43,743 nucleotides of DNA from Verrucomicrobiota bacterium (GTDB lineage: Bacteria > Verrucomicrobiota > Verrucomicrobiia > Limisphaerales > JAHEOI01). Where the stretch lies: positions 1 through 43,743 of the forward strand of contig JAHEOI010000230.1 in assembly GCA_018610125.1 (NCBI GenBank), read 5' to 3'. The notes beneath the pieces are model-generated. The model was given only the letters and a program-made list of their open reading frames with translations. It did no database searches and was not told where the DNA came from. The translations under genes were made by a program, and so were the position numbers. Shown piece after piece: positions 25,530 through 34,874 of this stretch; positions within the stretch are counted from its first letter, which is position 1; every line of letters starts with the position of its first letter.

Positions 25530-28100
25530 GTGATCCGGTTGATGCAGTGTGTGGCTACAAAACGGGGCTCCGTTGAGCCAATCAAGTGGATACACTGGTG
25601 CTGCCGGTGCCTATTCCGAGGGCTTGCCGGCAGGGGGCTGATTCTATTGATCCTTTGTTTGACTTCGGTTGGGGCTGCCGAAGAAAAGCCTGTCGGGAAG
25701 GGGGTTGCGGCGGACAGGGACAAGCATTGGGCGTTCCAACCGGTTAAGCAGCCCTCGTTACCGGAAGTCGAAAACGAGGAATGGATTGAGAATGGGATCG
25801 ATGCGTTTGTCCTTGATCGGCTTGAGCGCAACGGGCTGACGCCATCGCCCGAGGCGGATCGTCGCACGCTGCTACGGAGGCTTTCCTTTGACTTGGTTGG
25901 GCTGCCACCCAACCCGCACCAGATCGACGCCTTTTTGGGGGACGATTCGCCTGAAGCGTACCGCCGGCTTGTCGATCGGTTGCTTGCGTCGCCTCGTTAT
26001 GGCGAGCGCTGGGGGCGCCACTGGCTCGATGTGGCGCGATACGCCGACACCAAAGGAGCGGTGTTTCAGGAAGAAGACCGTTATCCGTTTGCTTATACCT
26101 ACCGTGATTACGTCATTGAAGCTTTCAATCGCGATTTGCCGTTCGACCGATTTATCAAGGAACAGCTTGCGGCTGACAAGCTGAAGCTGGGCGAGGAGCC
26201 GACCGAGCTCGCGGCGCTCGGCTTTTTGACGGTCGGTCGCCGGTTTCTGAATGACAAGCACGAGATCATTGATGATCGGATCGATGTCACAACACGGGGA
26301 TTCATGGGGCTCACGGTTGTCTGCGCACGATGCCATGATCACAAGTACGATCCGATTCCGACAGAAGATTACTATTCCCTTTATGGGGTCTTTGATTCGT
26401 CGGAGGAGCCGGAATCCTATCCTCTTTTGAAGGAGCCGGGTGCGACGCCCGGTTATGAACGCTACAAAGCCGGTTTGGAGAAGAGACGAGCCAAGCTTGA
26501 CGAATTCAAGAGGGCGACACGGGATCAAATCCAAAACGAAGTTCGGGCTCAAGTGGGACAGTATCTGGTTCAAGTGGCGGCCAAAGAGTATTCCGGCAAA
26601 GCCTTGAAGCCGGCGGAGGTCGGCAAGCTCCGCGGGCGGATGATCAATGAGTGGGGTCGCTACCTGAAAACGGAAACGGGGCCCGATCATCCGATCTTCG
26701 GTTTGTGGCACCGGTTTGCCTCGCTCGACGCGCAGGCCTTTCCCAGAGACGCGAAGGGGTTGATCGAGCGGGTCAATGGCGCGGTCAATCCGCTGATCCA
26801 AGAAGCGTTTGCAGAGCTTTCTGTGGAGTCGATGAACGATGTGGCGCGGGCTTATGGCAAGCTATTGAGAGAGACCCACCAAGCGTGGCAGACCTTTAAA
26901 AAGGAGAGCGAGAAAAACGACCAAGGTCCTCCGGCTCAATTCGAGGAGCCCGCCAAAGAAGCGGTACGCCAGATATTATATGGCGCCGGGTCTCCGACCC
27001 GATTCAATGCCGAGAAGGCTGCCGATTTCTACAAACGGGCCGAGCGCGATAAGCAGCGCAAGCTAAAAAGAAAGATTGAGGAGTGGAAAGTAAGCTCGCC
27101 GAATGCGCCCCCGCGCGCCATGGTCCTCAAGGATCGACCGGAACCGCACACACCCCATGTTTTTAAACGAGGCAATCCAAAGCAAAAAGGGAAAGCCGTT
27201 CCGAGACGCTTTTTGAAGGTCTTGACCGACGGCGAGCGAAAGCCCTTCAGTAAGACGGACAGTGGCCGCCTTGAGCTGGCGGAAGCCATTACCAGTCGGC
27301 AGAATCCCTTGACGGCCCGAGTCTTGGTGAACCGGGTTTGGATGCACCACTTTGGGGAACCGTTGGTTCCCGGTCCGAGCGACTTTGGCACGCGGAGTAA
27401 GCCCCCTTCTCATCCCCGGCTCCTGGATTACTTGGCGGCCTATTTCATGGAGCACGATTGGTCGCTCAAGGCACTCCATCGACTCATCCTCCACTCGAAT
27501 ACCTACCGCCAAAGCAGCACGTTTCGGGCCAAAGCGAGTGAAAAGGATCCGGAAAACCGCCTGTTGTGGCGGATGAACCGCCAGCGGTTGGAGTTGGAGG
27601 CACTCAGGGATGCCATATTAAGCGTTGCCGATCGGCTTAACCGGAAGATGGGCGGGCGCCCGGTGTCCATTCATGAACCGCCATACTCTCGCCGTCGTAG
27701 TGTCTATGCCTTTATCGAACGGAGTGGTTACGATCGGAATTTTCCCAGCCTCTTCCGGATCTTTGACTTGGCCAGCCCGGATGCGACCGCCCCCAAACGG
27801 CCGCGGACCGTGGTGCCCCAACAAGGGCTGTTCCTGATGAATTGGCCGTTCGTTATCAATCAGGCCAAGGCGTTTGCGCATCGCCCGGAGCTGGTTAAAG
27901 CGGAGTCGAAACAGAAACGGATCAAGCGAATGTATGAGCTGGCTTACGGACGATTGCCCGACCAATGGGAGCTCCGAAAGACTCTCGCCTTTTTGAATTC
28001 GGTTCAACGGAAAGGGGCCGGCAACGGTGACAAGCCCGGTGCCTGGGCGCAATTTGCCCAGGCGTTAATGATCAGTAACGAATTTCTCTACATCGACTAA
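25530..28100 (+). CDS. DUF1549/DUF1553 (PSCyt2 / PSD1) domain protein
   Basis: DUF1549: ..NGIDAFVLDRLERNGLTPSPEADRRTLLRRLSFDLVGLPP... DUF1553: ..ERWGRHWLDVARYADTKG.., ..CARCHDHKYDPI... There is no N-terminal CxxCH haem motif. The start is uncertain: GTG 25530 or ATG 25542. Confidence 0.9.
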   Translation: MIRLMQCVATKRGSVEPIKWIHWCCRCLFRGLAGRGLILLILCLTSVGAAEEKPVGKGVAADRDKHWAFQPVKQPSLPEVENEEWIENGIDAFVLDRLERNGLTPSPEADRRTLLRRLSFDLVGLPPNPHQIDAFLGDDSPEAYRRLVDRLLASPRYGERWGRHWLDVARYADTKGAVFQEEDRYPFAYTYRDYVIEAFNRDLPFDRFIKEQLAADKLKLGEEPTELAALGFLTVGRRFLNDKHEIIDDRIDVTTRGFMGLTVVCARCHDHKYDPIPTEDYYSLYGVFDSSEEPESYPLLKEPGATPGYERYKAGLEKRRAKLDEFKRATRDQIQNEVRAQVGQYLVQVAAKEYSGKALKPAEVGKLRGRMINEWGRYLKTETGPDHPIFGLWHRFASLDAQAFPRDAKGLIERVNGAVNPLIQEAFAELSVESMNDVARAYGKLLRETHQAWQTFKKESEKNDQGPPAQFEEPAKEAVRQILYGAGSPTRFNAEKAADFYKRAERDKQRKLKRKIEEWKVSSPNAPPRAMVLKDRPEPHTPHVFKRGNPKQKGKAVPRRFLKVLTDGERKPFSKTDSGRLELAEAITSRQNPLTARVLVNRVWMHHFGEPLVPGPSDFGTRSKPPSHPRLLDYLAAYFMEHDWSLKALHRLILHSNTYRQSSTFRAKASEKDPENRLLWRMNRQRLELEALRDAILSVADRLNRKMGGRPVSIHEPPYSRRRSVYAFIERSGYDRNFPSLFRIFDLASPDATAPKRPRTVVPQQGLFLMNWPFVINQAKAFAHRPELVKAESKQKRIKRMYELAYGRLPDQWELRKTLAFLNSVQRKGAGNGDKPGAWAQFAQALMISNEFLYID

Positions 28101-28125
28101 ACTCAACTGTTTGAACCGCTGCTTT

Positions 28126-29580
28126 ATGGGATCGTTTTTCAATGGCTACCACGGACCGGAGCACTTTCAGCCGTACCTTTCGAGACGTAGCTTTCTTAAG
28201 CGTGCCGGGATGGGGATCGGCATGTTGGGACTGGCCGACCTGCTCGGAGTCGACGCAGTGGCCGCCGAGCAAGCCGACCGGTCGAATCCGATGGCGCCCC
28301 AAGCTGCCCACTTTGCTCCCCGAGCCAAACGGGTCATCCATTTGTTCATGAATGGCGGCCCCTCGCACGTGGACACGTTCGATCCCAAGCCGGCATTGCA
28401 GCAATATGCCGGTGAGGTGTTGCCGGGCGGGAATTTGGAGACCGAACGGAAAACGGGAGCCGCATTCCCGTCGCCATTTGAATTTCAGCGCTATGGGAAG
28501 AGCGGCATTGAAGTCAGTGAGCTCTTTAAGCATACTGCGGAGTGCATCGACGACATAGCGGTGATTCGCTCCATGCAAGCGGATCGCCCGAACCATGAGC
28601 CTTCGTTGATGCTGATGAATTGCGGCCGATCGCTGATGGTCAGGCCAAGCGTCGGTTCATGGGTTACCTATGGGCTCGGAACCGAGAACCAGAATCTGCC
28701 GGGGTTCGTGGTCCTTTGTCCTGGAGGGTTCCCGGTCAAGGGACCTCAAAACTGGACGTCCGCCTTTTTGCCCGGGATCTTTCAAGGTACCCATATCGAT
28801 ACCAACCACAAGGAGGTTGAAAAGCTTATTCAGAATATCCGCAACCCCAACCTCCGGTATCGAGAGCAACGGCGGCAACTTGATTTGGTTCAAGCTTTGA
28901 ATCGGCATCACTTTCAAGCTCGAGGGAGTGAGGACCAACGATTGGAGGCGAGAATTCAATCGATGGAGCTGGCCTACCGGATGCAGCTTGCGGCCACGGA
29001 TGCATTTGATGTTTCGAAGGAGCCGGAGAACGTACGAGAGATGTATGGCGATACGGTCCAAGCCCGACAAACGTTGATGGCTCGGCGATTGGTCGAGCGC
29101 GGTGTGCGATACGTCCAGGTATGGCACGGGGCGGGCCAGCCTTGGGACAGTCACCACGATATTGAAAAGAATCATCGGCGGTTGGCCGCGGAGTGCGACC
29201 AGCCAATCGGCGCATTGCTCAAGGACCTGAAACAACGAGGGTTGCTTGAGGAGACGTTGGTGATTTGGGGCGGCGAATTCGGCAGAACCCCGACCGTTGA
29301 GCTCTCCCAAGCGGGTGAGCGAAAACAAGGGCGGGATCACAATCACTACGGCTTTACCATCTGGATGGCCGGTGGCGGAGTCAAAGGTGGAACGGTTTAC
29401 GGTCAAACGGATGAGTTCGGTTTTGAAGCCGTGGAGAAGCCGGTCCATGTCCACGATCTCCATGCGACCATCCTACATTTGCTCGGTTTCGATCACAAAC
29501 GATTGACTTACCGTTATGCGGGGCGGGACTTTCGACTGACCGACGTTTACGGCAACGTCGTCCATGACCTGATTGCTTAG
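28126..29580 (+). CDS. DUF1501 domain protein (sulfatase-fold), Tat signal
   Basis: The ATG at 28126 gives MGSFF..SRRSFLKRAGMGIGMLGLADLL (twin-arginine). ..VIWGGEFGRTP.., ..GRDHNHYGFT.., ..VHDLHATILHLLG... It lies 25 nt after the DUF1553 gene, the classic pair. Confidence 0.9.
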   Translation: MGSFFNGYHGPEHFQPYLSRRSFLKRAGMGIGMLGLADLLGVDAVAAEQADRSNPMAPQAAHFAPRAKRVIHLFMNGGPSHVDTFDPKPALQQYAGEVLPGGNLETERKTGAAFPSPFEFQRYGKSGIEVSELFKHTAECIDDIAVIRSMQADRPNHEPSLMLMNCGRSLMVRPSVGSWVTYGLGTENQNLPGFVVLCPGGFPVKGPQNWTSAFLPGIFQGTHIDTNHKEVEKLIQNIRNPNLRYREQRRQLDLVQALNRHHFQARGSEDQRLEARIQSMELAYRMQLAATDAFDVSKEPENVREMYGDTVQARQTLMARRLVERGVRYVQVWHGAGQPWDSHHDIEKNHRRLAAECDQPIGALLKDLKQRGLLEETLVIWGGEFGRTPTVELSQAGERKQGRDHNHYGFTIWMAGGGVKGGTVYGQTDEFGFEAVEKPVHVHDLHATILHLLGFDHKRLTYRYAGRDFRLTDVYGNVVHDLIA

Positions 29581-29693
29581 CGAGGCGTCAATTCATTGCG
29601 CCATTGGAAGCATTGGAGCAATCAAGCCTTTCGGTTGCATTGAAAGCCCCCTGTGTATTCCTCACAAGCTTCGTAATTTAGAAAGTCTCAAAC

Positions 29694-30704
29694 ATGCAAG
29701 CGCTTTCGTCGAAATCGATAGTTGTGACCGGGGCCTCGGGATTCATTGGACGGCATTTGACCGCCAGATTGGTGGGACTGGGGGCTTCGGTCAGAGTGCT
29801 CGTCAGAGATCGAGATCGTGCGGCCTCCCGGTTGCCGGCAAATGTCGAGCTTGTCGAAGGCGATGTTTGCCGAGTGAGCTCGGTCTGGCAAGCGGTTTCG
29901 GAAGCGGATGTCGTCTTCCACTTGGCCAACGTCGTGCCGCGGCCCGACACGAGGGACGCCGCGATACGGGAAGTCAATGTGTTCGGCACTCAGAACGTCG
30001 TCAACGCGGCAGTCGAAGCGGGAGTCGAGCGATTTGTCCACGTCAGCTCGGTCGCCGTGTATGGGTTTCCGCAGGACTGTGCGAATGAAGAAACCCGTTA
30101 CCCATGCATTGATGATGATCTCTACGTTACGACCAAGCAGCGTGCCGAGCAAATTGTCCGATCGGCGCATGCTCATCGTCGACTTCCAGCAACGATCGTC
30201 CAGCCATCCGAGATCTATGGTCCTTATGACCAAGGCTGGACCTTGATCCCGCTCCGGATGCTCAAGAAGGGCAAGATGATGCTTCCCGGAGGTGGGCACG
30301 GCATCATTCAGCCCGTCTTTGTCGATGATGTCGTCGACGGCATCCTGCTGGCGGCGGAGAATGGAAAAACCGGCGAAGGCTATATCCTATCCGGACCGAG
30401 CGTCGTTACCGTCCGGCAGTATTTCGAACGGCTGGGCGAACTGGTGGGAGCAGGCCCGATGCGTTCGGTGCCGGACTGGGTGGCAAACGGCGCCGCCTCT
30501 GTCAGTGAGGTGTGGGGAAGCTTTTCCGGTCGCCCGCCGATGTTAACACGCGCGGCCCTTCGCTACATTTCCAAGCAAGGGACGTTTGCTCACGAGAAGG
30601 CGAGGCGTGAGCTTGGCTATCGGCCACGGGTTTCTCTCGACGAGGGGACCGCCCGTGTACGAGCCTGGCTTGAAGAGGAAGGGCTGATCCCGATAACGTC
30701 ATAG
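29694..30704 (+). CDS. NAD-dependent epimerase/dehydratase (extended SDR)
   Basis: VVTGASGFIGRHL glycine-rich motif. Y-x3-K in YVTTK. 336 aa. Confidence 0.85.
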   Translation: MQALSSKSIVVTGASGFIGRHLTARLVGLGASVRVLVRDRDRAASRLPANVELVEGDVCRVSSVWQAVSEADVVFHLANVVPRPDTRDAAIREVNVFGTQNVVNAAVEAGVERFVHVSSVAVYGFPQDCANEETRYPCIDDDLYVTTKQRAEQIVRSAHAHRRLPATIVQPSEIYGPYDQGWTLIPLRMLKKGKMMLPGGGHGIIQPVFVDDVVDGILLAAENGKTGEGYILSGPSVVTVRQYFERLGELVGAGPMRSVPDWVANGAASVSEVWGSFSGRPPMLTRAALRYISKQGTFAHEKARRELGYRPRVSLDEGTARVRAWLEEEGLIPITS

Positions 30705-30731
30705 AGATAGACGGAGTGCGCGCTTCGGATT

Positions 30732-31061
30732 TTACTTACCGCTTCCAGCGCTCCCACAGCAGCAGCCCGTTAGAAAGAGACGCGTGATCTTCTTCTGCCG
30801 CACACGTCGCCACGCTTCAAAGGCACCTTCAACCTCGTTGATGAGCTCGGCTGCTTCACTTTTCGTAAAACGCTCGGCGACGTTGTAATCGGCTTCATGT
30901 CGAGCTTCTTGGAGATCTACGAAGGCGGCAGCAACGGCTTGCAAGTCTTTGGGAATCGCACTCCCGCTTCTGTGACTTGCACGACATGGTCCGGAAGCCC
31001 GCCGGCCGCAAAGGCCGTGCAAGCCTTGAGCTTGTCCCAACAAGTCATCCTCGAGACTCAT
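30732..31061 (-). CDS. Small all-alpha protein with a HEPN-like R-H-x-x-D-Y motif; possibly N-terminally degraded
   Basis: ..LQAVAAAFVDLQEARHEADYNVAERFTKSEAAELINEVEGAFEAW.. resembles the C-terminal half of small HEPN-type proteins (L-x-x-x-R-x-x-A-D-Y). The expected N-terminal R-x-A-x-S-x-A-Y-Y-A helix is not recognisable. The C-terminal CCCGSAGSGK tail is odd. Confidence 0.35.
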   Translation of the reverse strand: MSLEDDLLGQAQGLHGLCGRRASGPCRASHRSGSAIPKDLQAVAAAFVDLQEARHEADYNVAERFTKSEAAELINEVEGAFEAWRRVRQKKITRLFLTGCCCGSAGSGK

Positions 31062-31248
31062 AGTTCAAACTGTACCGGCATCGACTCCCTTCTGCTCGGA
31101 CTCTGTACGAAATCGCACATATGCCCAGTCTTCGATCCCAGCCTTCTGGAGGCTTTCGCGCGTTGGGAGGCTATACCGAAAGCGCCTAACAACAGGAAGA
31201 AGGTGTCTTTTAACTCGACGGTGTGCGTATGTTGTGATTAAGTGCAAT

Positions 31249-31890
31249 ATGACCGAACGTGCGTCTGAATCAGCCGACTCCACGTCAGGCGACTCCAGGT
31301 CAGCCTCGGGCGATACATCCCTGAAGAGGACCTTTGGACTCGACCGCCATCCCTTGACTTGGGGGAAGTGCCTATTGATCGGGATAGCCGTGGTGATGGT
31401 TGCCGTCGGTGCTCTGCTCGGATGGGCGCCCGCTTCTTCATCGCCAAGCAGCGGCGCCGCCAAGCCGGACAGCAATGAAGGTCCCGGATTCCCTGGCAGC
31501 TCGTTTACTCAGCCGACCGGCGGCAGCGAAGAAGGGGCATCCGATAGGGAGACGAGTTCCCCAGAAGACGGTGGGCTTAATATGAAGCATCTTTCACCGG
31601 CCTTGATCAAAGGAGGTTTTGGAATGTTCGTCGGGTTTGCCATCGGATTTGCGATCCGAGCGTTTGTTCGTTTGGCGGTCTTAATCGCCGGGATTTACCT
31701 TTTGGCGTTGACGTTGATGGCCTATGCTGGCTGGGTTGAGATCCATTGGGAGGTAATGGAAGCGCAGTTCAATCAGCTTGCCTCCAATTTGGGCGAGCAA
31801 TTTGCGTCGTTTAGGCAGTTCCTGACCGGAAGCATCCCTGTCACGGGGATGACCGGGGTCGGGCTTTTTGTGGGAATGAAGAAAAAATAG
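31249..31890 (+). CDS. Membrane protein with a C-terminal FUN14-like domain and an S/G/P-rich spacer
   Basis: ..LIKGGFGMFVGFAIGFAIRAFVRLAVLIAGIYLLALTLMAYAGWVEIHW..VTGMTGVGLFVGMKKK*. Start at ATG 31249; an alternative is GTG 31234. GGGGG lies 3 nt after the stop and serves the next gene, suggesting an operon. Confidence 0.55.
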   Translation: MTERASESADSTSGDSRSASGDTSLKRTFGLDRHPLTWGKCLLIGIAVVMVAVGALLGWAPASSSPSSGAAKPDSNEGPGFPGSSFTQPTGGSEEGASDRETSSPEDGGLNMKHLSPALIKGGFGMFVGFAIGFAIRAFVRLAVLIAGIYLLALTLMAYAGWVEIHWEVMEAQFNQLASNLGEQFASFRQFLTGSIPVTGMTGVGLFVGMKKK

Positions 31891-31896
31891 GGGGAT

Positions 31897-32952
31897 ATGA
31901 GGCGATCGGAACAGCTTCCCAGATACGATCATCATCAAAGCTACGACTGGAATTACGTGAATGCGCCCGAGCCGGTTCCGGTCGAGGTGCCGGAATGGCC
32001 TGGGACATCCGGTTTTTGTGGCCTGCCGGTCGATTCCCCGCTCGGCATTCCAGCCGGTCCGTTGCTTAACGGAAAATGGGTCCTCTATTATGCCCACTTG
32101 GGTTTCGATGTCCTGACTTACAAAACGGTCCGGAGCATGGAGCGTGCCTGCTATCCCCTTCCAAATCTTCAACCGGTCCATGCAAAGTCCCTAACGGGAA
32201 ACGAAGCGATTTTGTCAGCCAGTGCAACGATGGAAGGAAGCTGGGCCGTCTCCTTTGGGATGCCTTCAAAGGCCCCGAGCGATTGGCAGCGCGATGTCGA
32301 ATGGACCCGCCGAACGTTGCCGAAAGCGAAGCTGTTGTCGGTGTCGGTGGTGGGCTCGGTTCAGCCGGAATGGACGCTCGACGATTTGGCCGAAGACTAT
32401 GCTCGGTGTGCCAAATGGGCCCTGGATAGCGGCGCGGATGCCGTCGAGGCGAATTTTTCATGTCCCAATGTGTCGACAGAAGACGGCCAGCTTTATCAAC
32501 AGCCTGAATCCGCGGCACTGGTTGCGGCGAAAGTGCGGGACACGATTGGCAGGGCACCGTTTATCGTAAAGATTGGCCACGTCAATCGTGAGGAGGAAGC
32601 CGGGCGATTGCTTAACGCTTTGTCTCCTTATGTCGATGCGCTTGCGATGACCAATAGCGTTGCAACGCGTGTGCAAGCCTCCGACGGGTCTTGGCTGTTC
32701 GATGGGCAAAAGCGAGGGATTTGTGGTCGAGCCACTCGCGAGGCGTCCACGCAACAAACCCGCTTGTTTGCCGGGTTGATTCGGCAGCACGGTTTCCCTA
32801 CTCGGGTGATCGGCGTGGGCGGAGCCGGTACGGCCAACGATGTCCGCGACTATCTGGAAGCCGGTGCGGAAGCGGTCCATATCGCGACCGCCGCCATGGT
32901 TGATCCCTTGGTTGCCGTTCGCATTCGTGCCGAGGTCACCAAAGCACGCTGA
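31897..32952 (+). CDS. Dihydroorotate-dehydrogenase-like flavoenzyme (class-1 DHOD / dihydropyrimidine dehydrogenase fold)
   Basis: ..SPLGIPAGPLLNGKWVLYYAHLGFDVLTYKTV.., ..AVEANFSCPN.., ..VIGVGGAGTANDVRDYLEAGAEAVHIATAAM... Confidence 0.7.
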   Translation: MRRSEQLPRYDHHQSYDWNYVNAPEPVPVEVPEWPGTSGFCGLPVDSPLGIPAGPLLNGKWVLYYAHLGFDVLTYKTVRSMERACYPLPNLQPVHAKSLTGNEAILSASATMEGSWAVSFGMPSKAPSDWQRDVEWTRRTLPKAKLLSVSVVGSVQPEWTLDDLAEDYARCAKWALDSGADAVEANFSCPNVSTEDGQLYQQPESAALVAAKVRDTIGRAPFIVKIGHVNREEEAGRLLNALSPYVDALAMTNSVATRVQASDGSWLFDGQKRGICGRATREASTQQTRLFAGLIRQHGFPTRVIGVGGAGTANDVRDYLEAGAEAVHIATAAMVDPLVAVRIRAEVTKAR

Positions 32953-32973
32953 GCGTACCTCGTCGTCAAAGCC

Positions 32974-33309
32974 TTATTTCTGGCTCCACCCGAGCTTACG
33001 GATCGCTCTCCTAATTAAGAGCTCCAGACGGTCCAGCATGACCGCGACAAATCGAAATTGCGATCCGAGCAAAGCAAGGCCCAAGAGCCCGAAGACCGAC
33101 CCGGGCAGAAAGGGGAAAAAGCCGAGCATGAAGCCCAAAGTGAGGAGCAGTAGGGCGACGACAACCTTGAAGGGGCGCAGGAGCGGATGCTCCGACGCTC
33201 GTCTTTGTTGTCGTTGATAATGGCGAACAAAACGGAGACCAGGTGGTGCCTCAAGCAATTGATTTAATGTGGCTCGACTCTGAGCCTTGAGCTGCTGCCA
33301 GAGCTTCAT
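32974..33309 (-). CDS. PGPGW-type small transmembrane protein
   Basis: ..LLLLTLGFMLGFFPFLPGSVFGLLGLALLGSQFRFVAVMLDRLE.. shows two TM helices and an xPGxxxxLxGLxLL pattern. Confidence 0.5.
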   Translation of the reverse strand: MKLWQQLKAQSRATLNQLLEAPPGLRFVRHYQRQQRRASEHPLLRPFKVVVALLLLTLGFMLGFFPFLPGSVFGLLGLALLGSQFRFVAVMLDRLELLIRRAIRKLGWSQK

Positions 33310-33393
33310 GATTTAGCTTAAATAGGCCGTGAGCGTCTGTGAAACAGGGACTGTGGGGGATGCCCTATGATCGCCGCCCTTCTTGTATTGTCC

Positions 33394-33483
33394 TTTGCAA
33401 AAATTCCTGCACGATAAACAGGAGCAAAACAAGCGGCTGACAGCCGCTTCTACTTTGCTTATCCGTGCATGAACTTTTGCAAA
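33394..33483. repeat. Extended imperfect palindrome (~90 nt) in a divergent intergenic region
   Basis: The outer arms TTTGCAAAAATTCCTGCACG (33394-33413) and CGTGCATGAACTTTTGCAAA (33464-33483) pair at 18 of 20 positions. Inner pairings are AGCAAA/TTTGCT and AAGCGGC-TGACA-GCCGCTT (33431-33449). Confidence 0.7.
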
Positions 33484-33727
33484 TATTGATAATATGCGAG
33501 CTCGACTACCCGAGCGATAGCTGAGAATAACAGCAAGCCCCCGACACCGCAAGGAGTTGGGTTATTCCGAGCACGAGCTGCCGGGGAACCGATCCTTCGA
33601 ACGCTGAATCGTTGACGGTATCCAGAACATGGGCTAAAAGTGCGATCGATGCCGGCCGATCGAATGGTGGCAAATCGTTTTAGCTGTCGGATGAAGTGAG
33701 CGTCGCAACCATAGAGAGCAGAGTGAC

Positions 33728-34192
33728 ATGAGCCAGATTGATACTCGTTTGAAAGAACTGGGCCTTGAGCTCCCACCTCCACCGAAACCGGCGGGCAATT
33801 ACGTTCCTGTCGTCAAGACCGGGAGCCATCTCTATGTCTCCGGCATGCTGGCATTAAGGGATGGAGAAATAACGCATACCGGTCCGGTTGGAGAAAGCGT
33901 GGGGGTCGATGAAGCCTACCAGGCTGCTCAAGTGTGTATGCTCAATTCCATGGCAGCGATCCATCAGGCTGTCGGCAATTGGGAATCGGTTTCTCGATTT
34001 GTCTTGATCAATGGATTCGTCTATGCCGTAACCGGATTTGCCGAGGCGGCTCAGGTCATTAACGGGGCTTCCGATCTCGTTTCGCGTGTCTTTGGCGAGA
34101 AGGGCAGTCATGCACGCACTGCCGTTGCGGTGAACGGCCTGCCGAAAGGCTCTGCTGTGGAACTGCAGGTGACAGTCGAAATCAGTGGGTAA
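33728..34192 (+). CDS. RidA/YjgF-family protein
   Basis: ..LELPPPPKPAGNYVPVVKTGSHLYVSGMLAL..ARTAVAVNGLPKGSAVELQVTVEI... 154 aa. Confidence 0.8.
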   Translation: MSQIDTRLKELGLELPPPPKPAGNYVPVVKTGSHLYVSGMLALRDGEITHTGPVGESVGVDEAYQAAQVCMLNSMAAIHQAVGNWESVSRFVLINGFVYAVTGFAEAAQVINGASDLVSRVFGEKGSHARTAVAVNGLPKGSAVELQVTVEISG

Positions 34193-34252
34193 CGACGAGC
34201 GAGCTCTGACCCGGGGGAGGAGGCCGGAGCTTCAGTCCGCCGTGGATTAAGC

Positions 34253-34654
34253 ATGGCGCGAGACAATGTCAAGACAGGCTACCGGTTTTTATTGGTGAGC
34301 AACGCGGTTGCCGGATTGAACCTCGGCGGGATGTATCTCCTTACTGTCGGATTCGGGGTTTATTATCTCTTGAGCTCCATCCTGGCGTACAGTGTGGCGC
34401 TGACAACAGGCTTCTTTATCCAAAAGTTTTGGTCTTTTGAGGACAAAAGGACGCATGTGATTCATTGGCAATATGGTATGTTTGTCTGCGTCGCGGGGGT
34501 ATGTGTCCTCATCAATACCGGCATCGTGGCCTGCGTTGTCGAGCTCTTCGCCTTTTCGACGGTCATTGCCCAGTTGATCGGCAATTTAGTCGTCGGCGTG
34601 ATCAAGTTCCTCTTTTATCGTTTCTACTTGTTCGCCAATGTGCCCGGGAATTAG
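34253..34654 (+). CDS. GtrA-family membrane protein
   Basis: Four TM helices. ..GFFIQKFWSFED.. and a C-terminal ..FLFYRFYLF.. pattern. Confidence 0.75.
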   Translation: MARDNVKTGYRFLLVSNAVAGLNLGGMYLLTVGFGVYYLLSSILAYSVALTTGFFIQKFWSFEDKRTHVIHWQYGMFVCVAGVCVLINTGIVACVVELFAFSTVIAQLIGNLVVGVIKFLFYRFYLFANVPGN

Positions 34655-34795
34655 TGGAATGCGGGGAGTGGAGTCCCGGGCCATGAAGCAATGGCGGGCC
34701 TTTTGGCTTTTGCATTTGACGACGGCCAACCGCCGGGGCATCGACAGATTTCCTTCATCGGGTTTCAAGCCCCAAAGGCAAAAGGAACAGATTCT

Positions 34796-34826
34796 CCTTG
34801 ATAGGGACGTTCTCCCGGACGTCCCA
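34796..34826. repeat. REP-C module
   Basis: CCTTGATAGGGACGTTCTCCCGGACGTCCCA (GGGACG-N10-CGTCCC hairpin). Confidence 0.75.
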
Positions 34827-34874
34827 CTTCTCTTCTTCCTCTTCAAGATCCCCGGTAAAAAAACAACATAAGGA

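Noticed and set aside
31065-31475. ORF 31065..31475 (-) as a real gene, or as an N-terminal extension of the HEPN-like ORF via TGA readthrough or selenocysteine.
   Set aside because: Most of it lies antisense to the better-supported FUN14-like gene. Its composition is non-protein-like. No SECIS-like hairpin follows the TGA. The coincidence of frame is not enough evidence.
33477-33495. TTGCAA ... TAATAT as a sigma70 promoter in the PGPGW/RidA spacer.
   Set aside because: The spacer between the hexamers is only 7 nt, so the geometry is wrong.
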